A stretch of 64,000 nucleotides of DNA, taken from assembly GCA_963662795.1 (NCBI GenBank), contig OY759746.1:2656001-2720000 (forward strand), given 5' to 3'. Within the stretch, counting starts at the first letter, position 1, and every line of letters starts with the position of its first letter. This DNA comes from Spirochaetia bacterium. GTDB taxonomy: Bacteria > Spirochaetota > Spirochaetia > CADAEX01. Positions 27,512-36,805 of this stretch are shown here, piece by piece. The position numbers were made by a program, and so were the translations under genes. The notes under the pieces are model-generated. The model was not told where the DNA came from. It saw only the letters and a program-made list of their open reading frames with translations, and searched no databases.

Positions 27512-29326
27512 ATGATCGGATTCAGAAAAAGCATAGGGTTTGAATTATCAGGTTATATTCTCATAACAATGATTCTTTTCCTGGCCGCCATACTTGTCTT
27601 CAGCATAAAATATATCAGTACTTTTTTTATTAATGCTGCGGAAGATCAGTCAATGACTGTTCTTTATGAAACCGACTATAAGATAAAGAGCTTTTTTAAC
27701 GATATTGAAAATCTTTCGGAATCGCTGATTAATTACAGCGCTGTATACGAAGTGAGGACTTCTGAGATGAAGGAACTGTTTATCTCAAATGTTCTTGCAA
27801 GGAAAAAATATTTAAGGGCCATTTACCTGGGAACAAAAACTGATAAAATGTACGAATGGGGCTATGGCGAGGGATTCATTGATTATACCCCGAGTTTCCC
27901 TGAGGGTTACAGTCCTGTCTACAGGCCATGGTATAAAACTGCAATTGAAAAAAAATCCCATGCAATTACAAACCCCTATGTCTATGCAAGCATAGATAAA
28001 ACCGGAATTACAAGCGTAAATCCTGTTTATAATACTGAAACCGGAGAATTCACCGGAGTTCTGGGCATAGATATAATGCTTGACTCGATGAGCGATTTCC
28101 TTGAAGAGATAAATATTACAAATAACGGAAAAATAGTGCTGCTCACCGATACAGGTTATATAATTGCAAGTCAGTTCAAAGATTTGGAAGGAATATCATC
28201 ATCCATACATGATGTGCTCATCGAAAATCTTAAAAATATGATAGACGCTCATACCGGCAGATTTTTTACCCGCCTGAAGGGGGATGACTATTTTATTGTT
28301 TATAACAGAAATACAATAACCGGCTGGATTATCGCAATTGGATACCCCTATTCAGGAATAACTGAGGGGCTTGATAAAACACTTCTGGTAATATCTGCAG
28401 TGTATCTGCTGCTTACAATAATGCTGACAATCACGCTTGCGGGGATAAGCCGTCAGCTTATAGTAAAGCCTCTTGAAAATCTTGTTTCAGTAATGAAAAT
28501 GATTGAGAGCGGCAATCATGCTGCAAGGGCGGATGTAACAACCGAAAATGAATTTTCCATCCTTGGAGCTCAGTTTAACAGACTGTTTGAACTTGTACAG
28601 GAATATTCACAGTGCCTTGAGAAAAAAGTCGACGAGAGAACAAGGGAAGTGATACATCTGCAGCATGAAAACACCCGGCTCAGGATAATCGAGGAGAAGG
28701 AGAGAATAATAAGTGAATTGCATGATTCAATCGGCGCAAAACTTACCAATATCAATATCTGCAACAATGTAGCCATCAGCCTTGCCGGCCGGGAGGAAGG
28801 CGATCTTCTCAGGATGCTCAAGGTGACGGATGATAATTGTACAAACGCCATGCATGAACTCCGGGATATTGTGAACGGCATAAGCAGGCAGAATGCCTCT
28901 GAGCAGCTGATCTGTTTTATCGAGGAGGAAATACCGGACCGCCTTGAGCTGAAAAATATTACTGCTGCCGTTAAGTGGAAAGTGAGAAAGAAAACATTTA
29001 TCTCAGGTATTACAGAAGAAACTGCCGGAGAACTGGTTAAAATCATTGAAGAGCTTACCAGTAATATCTTGAAACATTCAATGGCGAATAACGTTAAAAT
29101 TGAAATTTCAATGATGAAGAAAATATTTGAAATAGTATTCAGGGATAATGGAACAGGCTTTAATCCCGAAATTCAAGGCAGCGCTGATAAAGGATACGGA
29201 CTTAGAAATATCAGGCAGAGAATTGAAAAAACCGGCGGTACTGTAAGGATTGAATCAAAACATGGCGGAGGGACATCTGTCTTCCTTGTTTTCCCTGCTG
29301 CAGGAGCAGTTATTGAAACAGCTTAG
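27512..29326 (+). CDS. sensor histidine kinase (dCache_1-HAMP-HisKA_3-HATPase_c)
   Basis: TM-dCache-TM; YSPVYRPWY; ERIISELHDSIG H-box; NILKHS, DNGTGF, GYGLRNI. Confidence 0.92.
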   Translation: MIGFRKSIGFELSGYILITMILFLAAILVFSIKYISTFFINAAEDQSMTVLYETDYKIKSFFNDIENLSESLINYSAVYEVRTSEMKELFISNVLARKKYLRAIYLGTKTDKMYEWGYGEGFIDYTPSFPEGYSPVYRPWYKTAIEKKSHAITNPYVYASIDKTGITSVNPVYNTETGEFTGVLGIDIMLDSMSDFLEEINITNNGKIVLLTDTGYIIASQFKDLEGISSSIHDVLIENLKNMIDAHTGRFFTRLKGDDYFIVYNRNTITGWIIAIGYPYSGITEGLDKTLLVISAVYLLLTIMLTITLAGISRQLIVKPLENLVSVMKMIESGNHAARADVTTENEFSILGAQFNRLFELVQEYSQCLEKKVDERTREVIHLQHENTRLRIIEEKERIISELHDSIGAKLTNINICNNVAISLAGREEGDLLRMLKVTDDNCTNAMHELRDIVNGISRQNASEQLICFIEEEIPDRLELKNITAAVKWKVRKKTFISGITEETAGELVKIIEELTSNILKHSMANNVKIEISMMKKIFEIVFRDNGTGFNPEIQGSADKGYGLRNIRQRIEKTGGTVRIESKHGGGTSVFLVFPAAGAVIETA

Positions 29327-29966
29327 CGTGTATATTGTTGAGGATGTAAATGAAGTCAGAGAGGGGCTCCGCTACCTTTTGAGCCTTGACGGGGAAATCA
29401 ATGTTATTTCTACATTCAGCTGTGCTGAAGAACTGATTCTTGATCTTTCCCGCGGCGGACGTGCTGATGTTATACTGATGGATATCGGTTTACCGGGTAT
29501 GGACGGTATTGAGGCGACAAAGGTTGTCAAGAAGTGTTATCCCCATATCAGCGTATTAATGCTTACTGTGTTCGGTGAACAGGAAAAAATTATCCGGGCT
29601 GTAAAAGCCGGGGCTTCAGGGTATGTTCTTAAAAACACAAAACCGTCACAGCTTTCAGACCAGATTAAATCCATAAGAAACGGCGGCTCTCCCATAAGTC
29701 CTGAAGCGGCAAGCAAGCTTTTTGAGGAATTCAAGAAAGATGAAAAAACATCTGTTCCCGGAGATGATGATGCCTACAATCTTACCGCACGGGAAAAAGA
29801 AATACTGAAAAGCATTGCAAACGGTTATACATATAGGGAAATAGCCGGTATCTTTAAAATTTCAAGCGCAACTGTCAAAAAGCATATACTCCATATTTAC
29901 CGTAAGCTTGATGTTTCATCAAAAGTGGAATTTATGAAAAAAGTACTGAATGAGAATCTGCTTTAA
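29313..29966 (+). CDS. NarL/LuxR-family response regulator
   Basis: IVED, ILMDIGLPGMDG, GYVLK, LTAREKEIL..TVKKHILHIYRKL; TTG start at 29313 after AGGAG. Confidence 0.93.
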   Translation: MKQLSVYIVEDVNEVREGLRYLLSLDGEINVISTFSCAEELILDLSRGGRADVILMDIGLPGMDGIEATKVVKKCYPHISVLMLTVFGEQEKIIRAVKAGASGYVLKNTKPSQLSDQIKSIRNGGSPISPEAASKLFEEFKKDEKTSVPGDDDAYNLTAREKEILKSIANGYTYREIAGIFKISSATVKKHILHIYRKLDVSSKVEFMKKVLNENLL

Positions 29967-30010
29967 AAAACTATCCCCCCCCAATTGGTGTACGGTTCAG
30001 CCTGCTTATT

Positions 30011-30037
30011 CATGCATATCACCCTTTTATGCATGAT
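30011..30037. promoter_or_regulatory. inverted repeat upstream of the DAACS transporter (candidate regulator site)
   Basis: TCATGCATA-N9-TATGCATGA. Confidence 0.4.
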
Positions 30038-30112
30038 AAATGGTTCATATGGTGTATTTACATACTGTATTTCCCGTTGTCTAATTAATTAAATTATCCA
30101 AAGGGGGAAATA

Positions 30113-31399
30113 ATGAGTTCTGAAATCAGGAAAAAAGGGATGTTTGATTTTTATTTCAAAACAAACCTTTTAATGAGAATTCTTGTCGGTCTTATACTCG
30201 GAGCAATAGCAGGTATTGTGTTTGGCAGTAAAATAGCCTGGGTTAATCCTTTCGGCAGCCTGTTCATCAATCTTCTTAAAATGATTGTAACACCTGTAAT
30301 TCTTTCAACACTTGTCGTAGGTGCTGCGAGCATAAGCCCTGCAAAACTTGGAAAAGTAGGGGTAAAGATTATTGTCTATTATCTTTTGACTTCTGCATTT
30401 GCTGTAGCAATCGGTCTTCTTGCCGCAAATATTTTCAAGCCCGGGATGGGACTTGCTCTCGCGGGCGCCGCCGATGCTGCAGGGAAAACATTAACTCAGC
30501 CTTCGCTTATCGATACTCTTCTTAAAATCGTTCCCACAAATCCTTTTGCATCAATATCATCAGGTGATGTTCTTCCGATTATCTTTTTCGCGATACTTTT
30601 CGGTATAGGTATTTCCTACCTGAAAATAAGCAGTGACGCGAGGATAAAGGCGGCCGGCGATGTACTTTTTGATGTTTTTGACGGTGCGGCAGAGGTTATG
30701 TATATGGTTGTTGGATGGGTCCTCCAGTATGCGCCGATAGGTGTTTTCGCTCTTATCGCTGTTGTTTTCGGGAAACAGGGAGCCCAGGCATTCGGGCCTC
30801 TGGGAGCAGTAACGCTTACAACATACCTTGCACTGATTATTCATGTAGTTGTAGTTTACGGCCTTATCCTTACAATTAACAAACTGAGTTTTATAAAGTT
30901 TCTTAAAGGGGCAAGAGCTCCCATGATTACAGCGTTTGTAACAAGAAGCAGCTCAGGTACACTGCCTGTTACCATGAAGGCAGCATCTGAGAATCTTGGA
31001 ATAGGAAAAAATGTTTATTCTTTTACCCTTCCGCTTGGAGCCACTATCAACATGGACGGAACCGCGATCTATCAGGGTGTCTGCGCTCTGTTTATAGGAT
31101 ATGCTATAGGACTTCCTCTCGGATTCGGACAGCAGATGACTATAATCATAACAGCAGTACTTGCTTCAATCGGAACAGCCGGTGTACCCGGGGCCGGGGC
31201 AATAATGCTTCTTATGGTTCTAAACTCAATAGGCCTTCCTGTTGAGGCAGGGACACCGGTTGCAGCAGCCTATGCGATGATTCTCGGAATTGACGCCCTC
31301 CTTGACATGGGCAGAACTTCTGTAAACGTTACCGGAGACATGGTTGGAACTGCCATAGTTGCAAAGAGTGAAAAGCAGCTTGACCTTGCAAAATGGTAA
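30113..31399 (+). CDS. dicarboxylate/amino acid:cation symporter (GltPh-like, probably aspartate/glutamate)
   Basis: TRSSSGTLP, NMDGT, ASIGTAGVPGAG, IDALLDMGRTSVNVTGD. Confidence 0.93.
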   Translation: MSSEIRKKGMFDFYFKTNLLMRILVGLILGAIAGIVFGSKIAWVNPFGSLFINLLKMIVTPVILSTLVVGAASISPAKLGKVGVKIIVYYLLTSAFAVAIGLLAANIFKPGMGLALAGAADAAGKTLTQPSLIDTLLKIVPTNPFASISSGDVLPIIFFAILFGIGISYLKISSDARIKAAGDVLFDVFDGAAEVMYMVVGWVLQYAPIGVFALIAVVFGKQGAQAFGPLGAVTLTTYLALIIHVVVVYGLILTINKLSFIKFLKGARAPMITAFVTRSSSGTLPVTMKAASENLGIGKNVYSFTLPLGATINMDGTAIYQGVCALFIGYAIGLPLGFGQQMTIIITAVLASIGTAGVPGAGAIMLLMVLNSIGLPVEAGTPVAAAYAMILGIDALLDMGRTSVNVTGDMVGTAIVAKSEKQLDLAKW

Positions 31400-31425
31400 A
31401 CCTGGTAAACCGCAGTTTTTAATAA

Positions 31426-32733
31426 TTAAGATGCATCCATGATTGGAGGCGGGATTTTTACAATGTCTGATGGGAATACAGAACTTGTCTTTGTATTTTC
31501 ATCAGACATCCTTTTATTTAAGGTCTCATGCAGATCATTTACAATATTTGAGTAGATAATGAAAGCGTCATACGGTGAATAAAAATAGTTAAAGTATTTA
31601 TGTATTTCTCCGTCCTGAAAATATTTTGTGGACATATAGTAAAAATGGTCAGATGTCTGGAGCTTTCTCCATGTATCGATAAGCTCATCGCTTCCGGTTT
31701 GTTTTATTGCTGTTTCCAGCCTGTAAATCATATTTAGTGCAGACCTCTGCATGGCATTTCCAGTCCATGCTGACAAGTCTCTCTCTTTATCTGCCCAGGA
31801 TGTGTAGTCCGGAACATCAATGATTCCCGCGCTTTTATGGCGTGCTTCAGCTTCTTTCGGCAGGATTAAATCTATATCTGTTTTCTGAATGATTGCAGAA
31901 ACAAAGTCCTGAAAGAAAGAAAAAATGCCTGTTTCTCTCCATTGATGTTCCCCGAATGTCTCAAAGTCCATAAAGAGATTGATAAGCTCACGGTCAGAAA
32001 GGGCTTGCTTTATCCATTTTAAATATTTTTCTGCGGAAAGAGGATATTCCTTCCATTTTTTATCCGAAAACCTGAATGCGATATCATCAGAGAGCCTGTA
32101 ATTTTTCAATAAGAGATTAAGGGTTGAATCCCCTGTTACACCTGCAGATCTATCTTCAGAGCCTGTTTTTACTGCACTGTGGTAAAGATAATTGGGAGAT
32201 CTCCAGCCGAGATTGGTGTCAGCCCCTTCCGCCAGAATGTTTTTAAACCCTAGCTCTGCGGCAGAGGAAGCAATATCGTTATTGTAGATAAGCTCTGTGT
32301 TTCTGAATGTGACAGGCTCTTCAGCGAAAAGGTCTGTGATTAAATTTTTGTGCTTTTCAACCTGTTTAATGAATTCTTCCCGTGAATATAAAAAGGCAAG
32401 CGAGTGGTAATAAGTTTCTGATAGGAATTCAACGCAGCCTGTCTCGGCCAGTATTTTAAGAAGTCTTATAACTTCCGGATTATATTTCTGCAGCTGTTCA
32501 ATTGCTGTACCTGTAATTGAAAAACTTAATCTGAATTTGCCCTTGTATTTATTTACAAGTTTGAGCATAAGCTTACATGCAGGTATATAGCAGTTTCTGC
32601 TTACTTTACCGGTTATTTCCCTGTTAAGGTCATCATCTTCATAGAAATGATCAGAGCCGATACTGAAGAAATTGTAGTCTCTTTTAAGCCTTAGCGGCTG
32701 ATGTATCTGAAAATATATGCAGAGTGATTTCAT
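31426..32733 (-). CDS. glycoside hydrolase family 57 (alpha-amylase-like)
   Basis: YFQIHQP, ETYYHSL, FRNTELIY, LSDDIAFRF, MDFETFGEHQW, LQTSDHFYYM. Confidence 0.93.
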   Translation of the reverse strand: MKSLCIYFQIHQPLRLKRDYNFFSIGSDHFYEDDDLNREITGKVSRNCYIPACKLMLKLVNKYKGKFRLSFSITGTAIEQLQKYNPEVIRLLKILAETGCVEFLSETYYHSLAFLYSREEFIKQVEKHKNLITDLFAEEPVTFRNTELIYNNDIASSAAELGFKNILAEGADTNLGWRSPNYLYHSAVKTGSEDRSAGVTGDSTLNLLLKNYRLSDDIAFRFSDKKWKEYPLSAEKYLKWIKQALSDRELINLFMDFETFGEHQWRETGIFSFFQDFVSAIIQKTDIDLILPKEAEARHKSAGIIDVPDYTSWADKERDLSAWTGNAMQRSALNMIYRLETAIKQTGSDELIDTWRKLQTSDHFYYMSTKYFQDGEIHKYFNYFYSPYDAFIIYSNIVNDLHETLNKRMSDENTKTSSVFPSDIVKIPPPIMDAS

Positions 32734-32781
32734 AAATAACTGCTTTTTCTCCCGTGCAGTGCTACTGCTGCTGAGAATATT

Positions 32782-34110
32782 TTATACAGCTGCTTTAGAG
32801 CAGAGTGCATTGTATATACCGGATATTCTCCTGCCTGCCGCGTCCCAGCTGATGGTTTTCATATCTTCCCTGCATTTTTTTACAATATCCGCCCCTAGTT
32901 CATCATCTTCAAGAAGGGAAACTATTGCTTTTGCGAGTTTATCTGTATCCCAGAAGTCTACCTTGTATGCATGTGTAAGGATTTCTGCGGCGCCTGACTG
33001 GTTTGATATTATAACAGGGACGTCATAAAGGAGCGCTTCAAAAGGCGACAGTCCGAAGGGCTCTGATACGGAAGGCATGATGTATAAATCGCTTATTGCA
33101 AATATTTTTTCCACTTCAGCGCCTCTTAGAAACCCGGTAAAATGAAACCTTTCCGCAATTTCATATTGGGCCATTTTTGTTATCATTCCAGGAAACAGGT
33201 CCCCATTGCCGCTCATGACAAATCTTACATTGTTCATCTTGTTAAGGACCTTGACGGCTGCTTCAAGAAAGTATTCCGGACCTTTCTGGGAAGTTATCCT
33301 TCCCAGAAAAAGAACTATCTTATCCCTGAAATTTTTTCTTATCTGGTAGCGGCTGAACTGGATATCCCTGCTTACCGCGTTATGCACAACTTCAATCTTG
33401 TCGGGATTTATACCGTATTTATTAATTACCATATTCTTTGTGTAATGACTTACAGTGATTATTTTGTCGGCGGTTTCCATCCCTTTTTTTTCAATTCTGA
33501 CAATGTCGGTATTTGCTCCTGACCATGATCTGTCATACTCGGTTGCGTGTACATGGATGACAAGGGGTTTGCCGCTGATTTTCTTTGCGCATATGCCGGC
33601 CGGGTATGTCATCCAGTCGTGGGCATGGATTATATCAAATGTTTCTTCAGCTCCAAGAGCTGTTCCTATAAAGCTGTAATTTATTACCTCATTGAAAAGA
33701 TTTTTACCGTAATTACCGGTAAAATGTATTATGCTTCCCTGATTTTTCTGATTTTCCATTAACGTTAGAATTTTTTCACTGTTTTCTGCGAGTCCGGGAG
33801 AATTCATTCCGGATGTTGTATACGATGTATAATACGGGGAAATAGAGCTGACTGTACATGGATTTTGTGCTGATTTTTTATCAATTTTACCTGATATTTT
33901 TTTTATCAATTCTTCAGCAGGATAGTATTTATCTGCAGAGATTACTTTAATCCTGCCGTCAAGTGATACTTTTCCACCCCTGTCGGAAGGAATTACGAAT
34001 GTAAGGTCGATACCACTTCTTGCAAGGCTGTCCGCAATACCTTTGCATGCAGTACCCAGTCCGCCGCTGATTGCAGGAGGCAGTTCCCAGCCAAGCATCA
34101 AAACCTTCAT
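32782..34110 (-). CDS. GT4 glycosyltransferase (glycogen synthase-like)
   Basis: MKVLMLGWELPPAISGGLG, HAHDWMT, GRITSQKGP, PSVSEPFGL; start 34110 after AAAGGGG. Confidence 0.9.
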   Translation of the reverse strand: MKVLMLGWELPPAISGGLGTACKGIADSLARSGIDLTFVIPSDRGGKVSLDGRIKVISADKYYPAEELIKKISGKIDKKSAQNPCTVSSISPYYTSYTTSGMNSPGLAENSEKILTLMENQKNQGSIIHFTGNYGKNLFNEVINYSFIGTALGAEETFDIIHAHDWMTYPAGICAKKISGKPLVIHVHATEYDRSWSGANTDIVRIEKKGMETADKIITVSHYTKNMVINKYGINPDKIEVVHNAVSRDIQFSRYQIRKNFRDKIVLFLGRITSQKGPEYFLEAAVKVLNKMNNVRFVMSGNGDLFPGMITKMAQYEIAERFHFTGFLRGAEVEKIFAISDLYIMPSVSEPFGLSPFEALLYDVPVIISNQSGAAEILTHAYKVDFWDTDKLAKAIVSLLEDDELGADIVKKCREDMKTISWDAAGRRISGIYNALCSKAAV

Positions 34111-34320
34111 TATTGACCCCTTTGCAGCTTTTTCCGTAACCGGAAATAACAGAGTTAATAAATTAAGCAGAAAAACTATGTATACATGAAATTTACTATT
34201 ACGAATTGCCGCATGCAAGGATTATACAATTATGAAAATATAAAATAAATAATGTTCATGATTATTTATACAAAAAAAACATAAAAAACATAAAAAAAAC
34301 GCATGACTGTCCGGTCGTAT

Positions 34321-35787
34321 TTATTTTTTCCCGTGCAGCAGGTCAAGACGTCTTATAAATTCTTTGATAATTATATCATAGAGTTTGTTTCCAAGAATCC
34401 TGTCTTCAACGCTTTCCTCTATACTCGGATTGTCATTTATCTCAATAATGCTGGGTTTACCGTTTATAACTTTTAAATCAACCCCATATAGACCGTTTCC
34501 AATAAGATTGGTCGCCTTCAGCGCGGCGCTGATAACCTTCTTCGGCGTGTCTGCGATGGAAAGAGTGTCTACGTTTCCGAATTCGGGAGCACCGCTGCCG
34601 TTATGGTTATAAATCTGCCAGTGTTCACGGGCCATGTGATATCTGCACACAAAAATAGGCTGGCTGTTCAAGACACCTACACGCCAGTCAAATTCTGTCG
34701 GAGTGAATGCCTGTACCAGGAGCAGTGCAGATTTTTTAAACAGTTCAGGGAGCGCCTTTTCGAGTTCATACTTTGTTTCATACTTAAATACGCCCAGGGA
34801 AAAAGAGCTGTCAGGAACTTTCAGAACACAGGGAAACCCGATTTCCTTTTCCACTTTTTTTACATTTCCGTGGCTGATAATTATTGTAGGAGGAGTGGGT
34901 ACCTTGTTTTTATGCATTACTTCAGTAAGGTAAATCTTGTTTGTGCACCTCAATATGGAAAGAGGGTCGTCAATAACTACAAGACCTGATGATTCCGCCC
35001 TGCGTGCGAATCTGTATGTATAATGGTTTACAGCAGTGGTATCTCTTATAAAAAGCGCGTCAAACCTGTCCAGTTGGGCTATGTCATCCTTTGAAATAAT
35101 TTCAACGCCTACGCCGTTTCTGTCTGCTGATTCAAGAAATTTCTCAATAGCATCATTATCAGAAGGAGGATTTGGATCTGACAGTGTTCTTAAGATTGCC
35201 ATTTCATATTTGTAGATTTTTTTCCCTCTGCTGTCCCTTGCAGATTTTCTTCCTACATAATCTATTATCCTCTGTACAGCAAAATCAATATGGCTTTCAT
35301 AGATATCCTTGATCGCGATAAGGCTGATCGAATCAAGCTGCCATTTGTTTTTTACTTTAAGGAAGCTTGCCTTGAAAAACGGGAGGGGAAAAACGTTATA
35401 AATCATGTTGGCAAGCCTGTTATGGCTTTTAGCTATATTTTTTCCGAAATATATGTTTAGCTCAAATGTCTCGCCATGTACTCTTTTGAGGCTTTTCTGT
35501 ATCTGTGTATCAAGATCGTGGGATGCCCGTTTTATGATTATGCTCTGTTTCAGGTCCTGAGTTGCCTTTACGGAAGGGATAGGGTAGTGCCCTCGTGCTG
35601 CAGCTATCAGTGAAACATAATATCCTATTGACTGATATTTGTATGATTTGCAAAGGTTAAGAACTTTTACGTTTTTTAAATAACTGAAAGACTCATCAGT
35701 AAGATAATCACTGGCTTTAATAATATCCGCACCGGGAATATTAAGTTTCCAGCCGGAAGGGTTCTCAAGAACCAGAATAGTATTCAT
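34321..35787 (-). CDS. RimK-family ATP-grasp ligase with N-terminal RLAN domain
   Basis: NLCKSYKYQSIGYYVSLIAAARGH (RLAN); DALFIRDTT, LKVPDSSFSLGV, DWRVGVL, YGVDLK, IEINDNPS. Confidence 0.9.
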   Translation of the reverse strand: MNTILVLENPSGWKLNIPGADIIKASDYLTDESFSYLKNVKVLNLCKSYKYQSIGYYVSLIAAARGHYPIPSVKATQDLKQSIIIKRASHDLDTQIQKSLKRVHGETFELNIYFGKNIAKSHNRLANMIYNVFPLPFFKASFLKVKNKWQLDSISLIAIKDIYESHIDFAVQRIIDYVGRKSARDSRGKKIYKYEMAILRTLSDPNPPSDNDAIEKFLESADRNGVGVEIISKDDIAQLDRFDALFIRDTTAVNHYTYRFARRAESSGLVVIDDPLSILRCTNKIYLTEVMHKNKVPTPPTIIISHGNVKKVEKEIGFPCVLKVPDSSFSLGVFKYETKYELEKALPELFKKSALLLVQAFTPTEFDWRVGVLNSQPIFVCRYHMAREHWQIYNHNGSGAPEFGNVDTLSIADTPKKVISAALKATNLIGNGLYGVDLKVINGKPSIIEINDNPSIEESVEDRILGNKLYDIIIKEFIRRLDLLHGKK

Positions 35788-35959
35788 TTCATTCCTTTTC
35801 TGTACTTACTCCGTGCTGCACAGAAATATCATTTTTAAAGTTTTCCTTGAAAATATTTTTATAACTATGAATTGTGATTGTCAACCTTTTAGTTCTCTTT
35901 TATCAGTCTTTATAAAAAGTTTTTTTTAAAAATTCTCATTTTCATGATATAAAACTATT

Positions 35960-36268
35960 ATGCCAATACAGATCAATTGCAGACCCGGATGCGGCGCCTG
36001 CTGCATTTTTATTTCCATTACATCGTATATTCCAGGTATGCCAGTGGGAAAACCGGCAGGTGTCAGATGCGTTAATCTTAATGATAATAACCTCTGTACT
36101 CTCTTCGGAAAGGAAAACCGGCCGAAGGTATGCATATCCTTAAGACCGGAACCTCAAATGTGCGGCAGAAATCCTTTAGATGCTGAAAAATATCTTACAA
36201 TGCTTGAGAATGAGACAACCCCTTCTGCTGAAGAAATTCAGCAATCAGAATTTATCAAAATCACATGA
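35960..36268 (+). CDS. YkgJ-family CxxCxxCC cysteine cluster protein
   Basis: CRPGCGACC, GKPAGVRC, C.LFG...RPKVC. Confidence 0.9.
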   Translation: MPIQINCRPGCGACCIFISITSYIPGMPVGKPAGVRCVNLNDNNLCTLFGKENRPKVCISLRPEPQMCGRNPLDAEKYLTMLENETTPSAEEIQQSEFIKIT

Positions 36269-36791
36269 TCTCATTGGTTTTTTCCTCTGCTACACCTGAA
36301 AGTTTATATCCGGGCGCCAGATTGAAGAGCCTTTTTATGCTTTCATCCTCGTTTTCCCAGGCTTTAATCACCTTTGCTGTAACAATGATATGGTCTCCCG
36401 CGACATATTCCGATTCAAGGAGGCATTCGAAGTTTGCCGCGCTGTTTTCCAGTATAAGGCTGTCAACCAATTCAGCTTTGGCGGTTTTGAGCGGCTTAAG
36501 TGAGAATTTATCTGTATCCCGTCCTGTTTTTGTACCGTAAAAGAGCACTTCATCCGCCATAAGAGTTGACGGAAATGATATAACAAACTCACCCTTGCGC
36601 CTGATTGCCTCAAGCGAATAACGCTTATGGGACAGTGAAAAAGCAAATATAAGGGGATCTTTAGATGCTGTCATTGCCCAGCTGCATGGAGTAGGGTTAT
36701 ATTTCCCTTTTCTGTCTTTTACAATAATCAGTATAACCGGTTCCGGATATTTTCTTTTGACCGCTGATGCAGTTTCGCTGACTTTCTGCAT
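36261..36791 (-). CDS. flavin reductase-like family protein
   Basis: YPEPV, GEFVISFP, GTKTGRDTDKF, AGDHII. Confidence 0.88.
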   Translation of the reverse strand: MQKVSETASAVKRKYPEPVILIIVKDRKGKYNPTPCSWAMTASKDPLIFAFSLSHKRYSLEAIRRKGEFVISFPSTLMADEVLFYGTKTGRDTDKFSLKPLKTAKAELVDSLILENSAANFECLLESEYVAGDHIIVTAKVIKAWENEDESIKRLFNLAPGYKLSGVAEEKTNEIM

Positions 36792-36805
36792 TTGAGATTC
36801 CTTTG

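Noticed and set aside
34271-34300. Short tandem AAAAAACAT repeats
   Set aside because: Two to three low-complexity copies in an intergenic region; no spacers, so not CRISPR, and no evident function.
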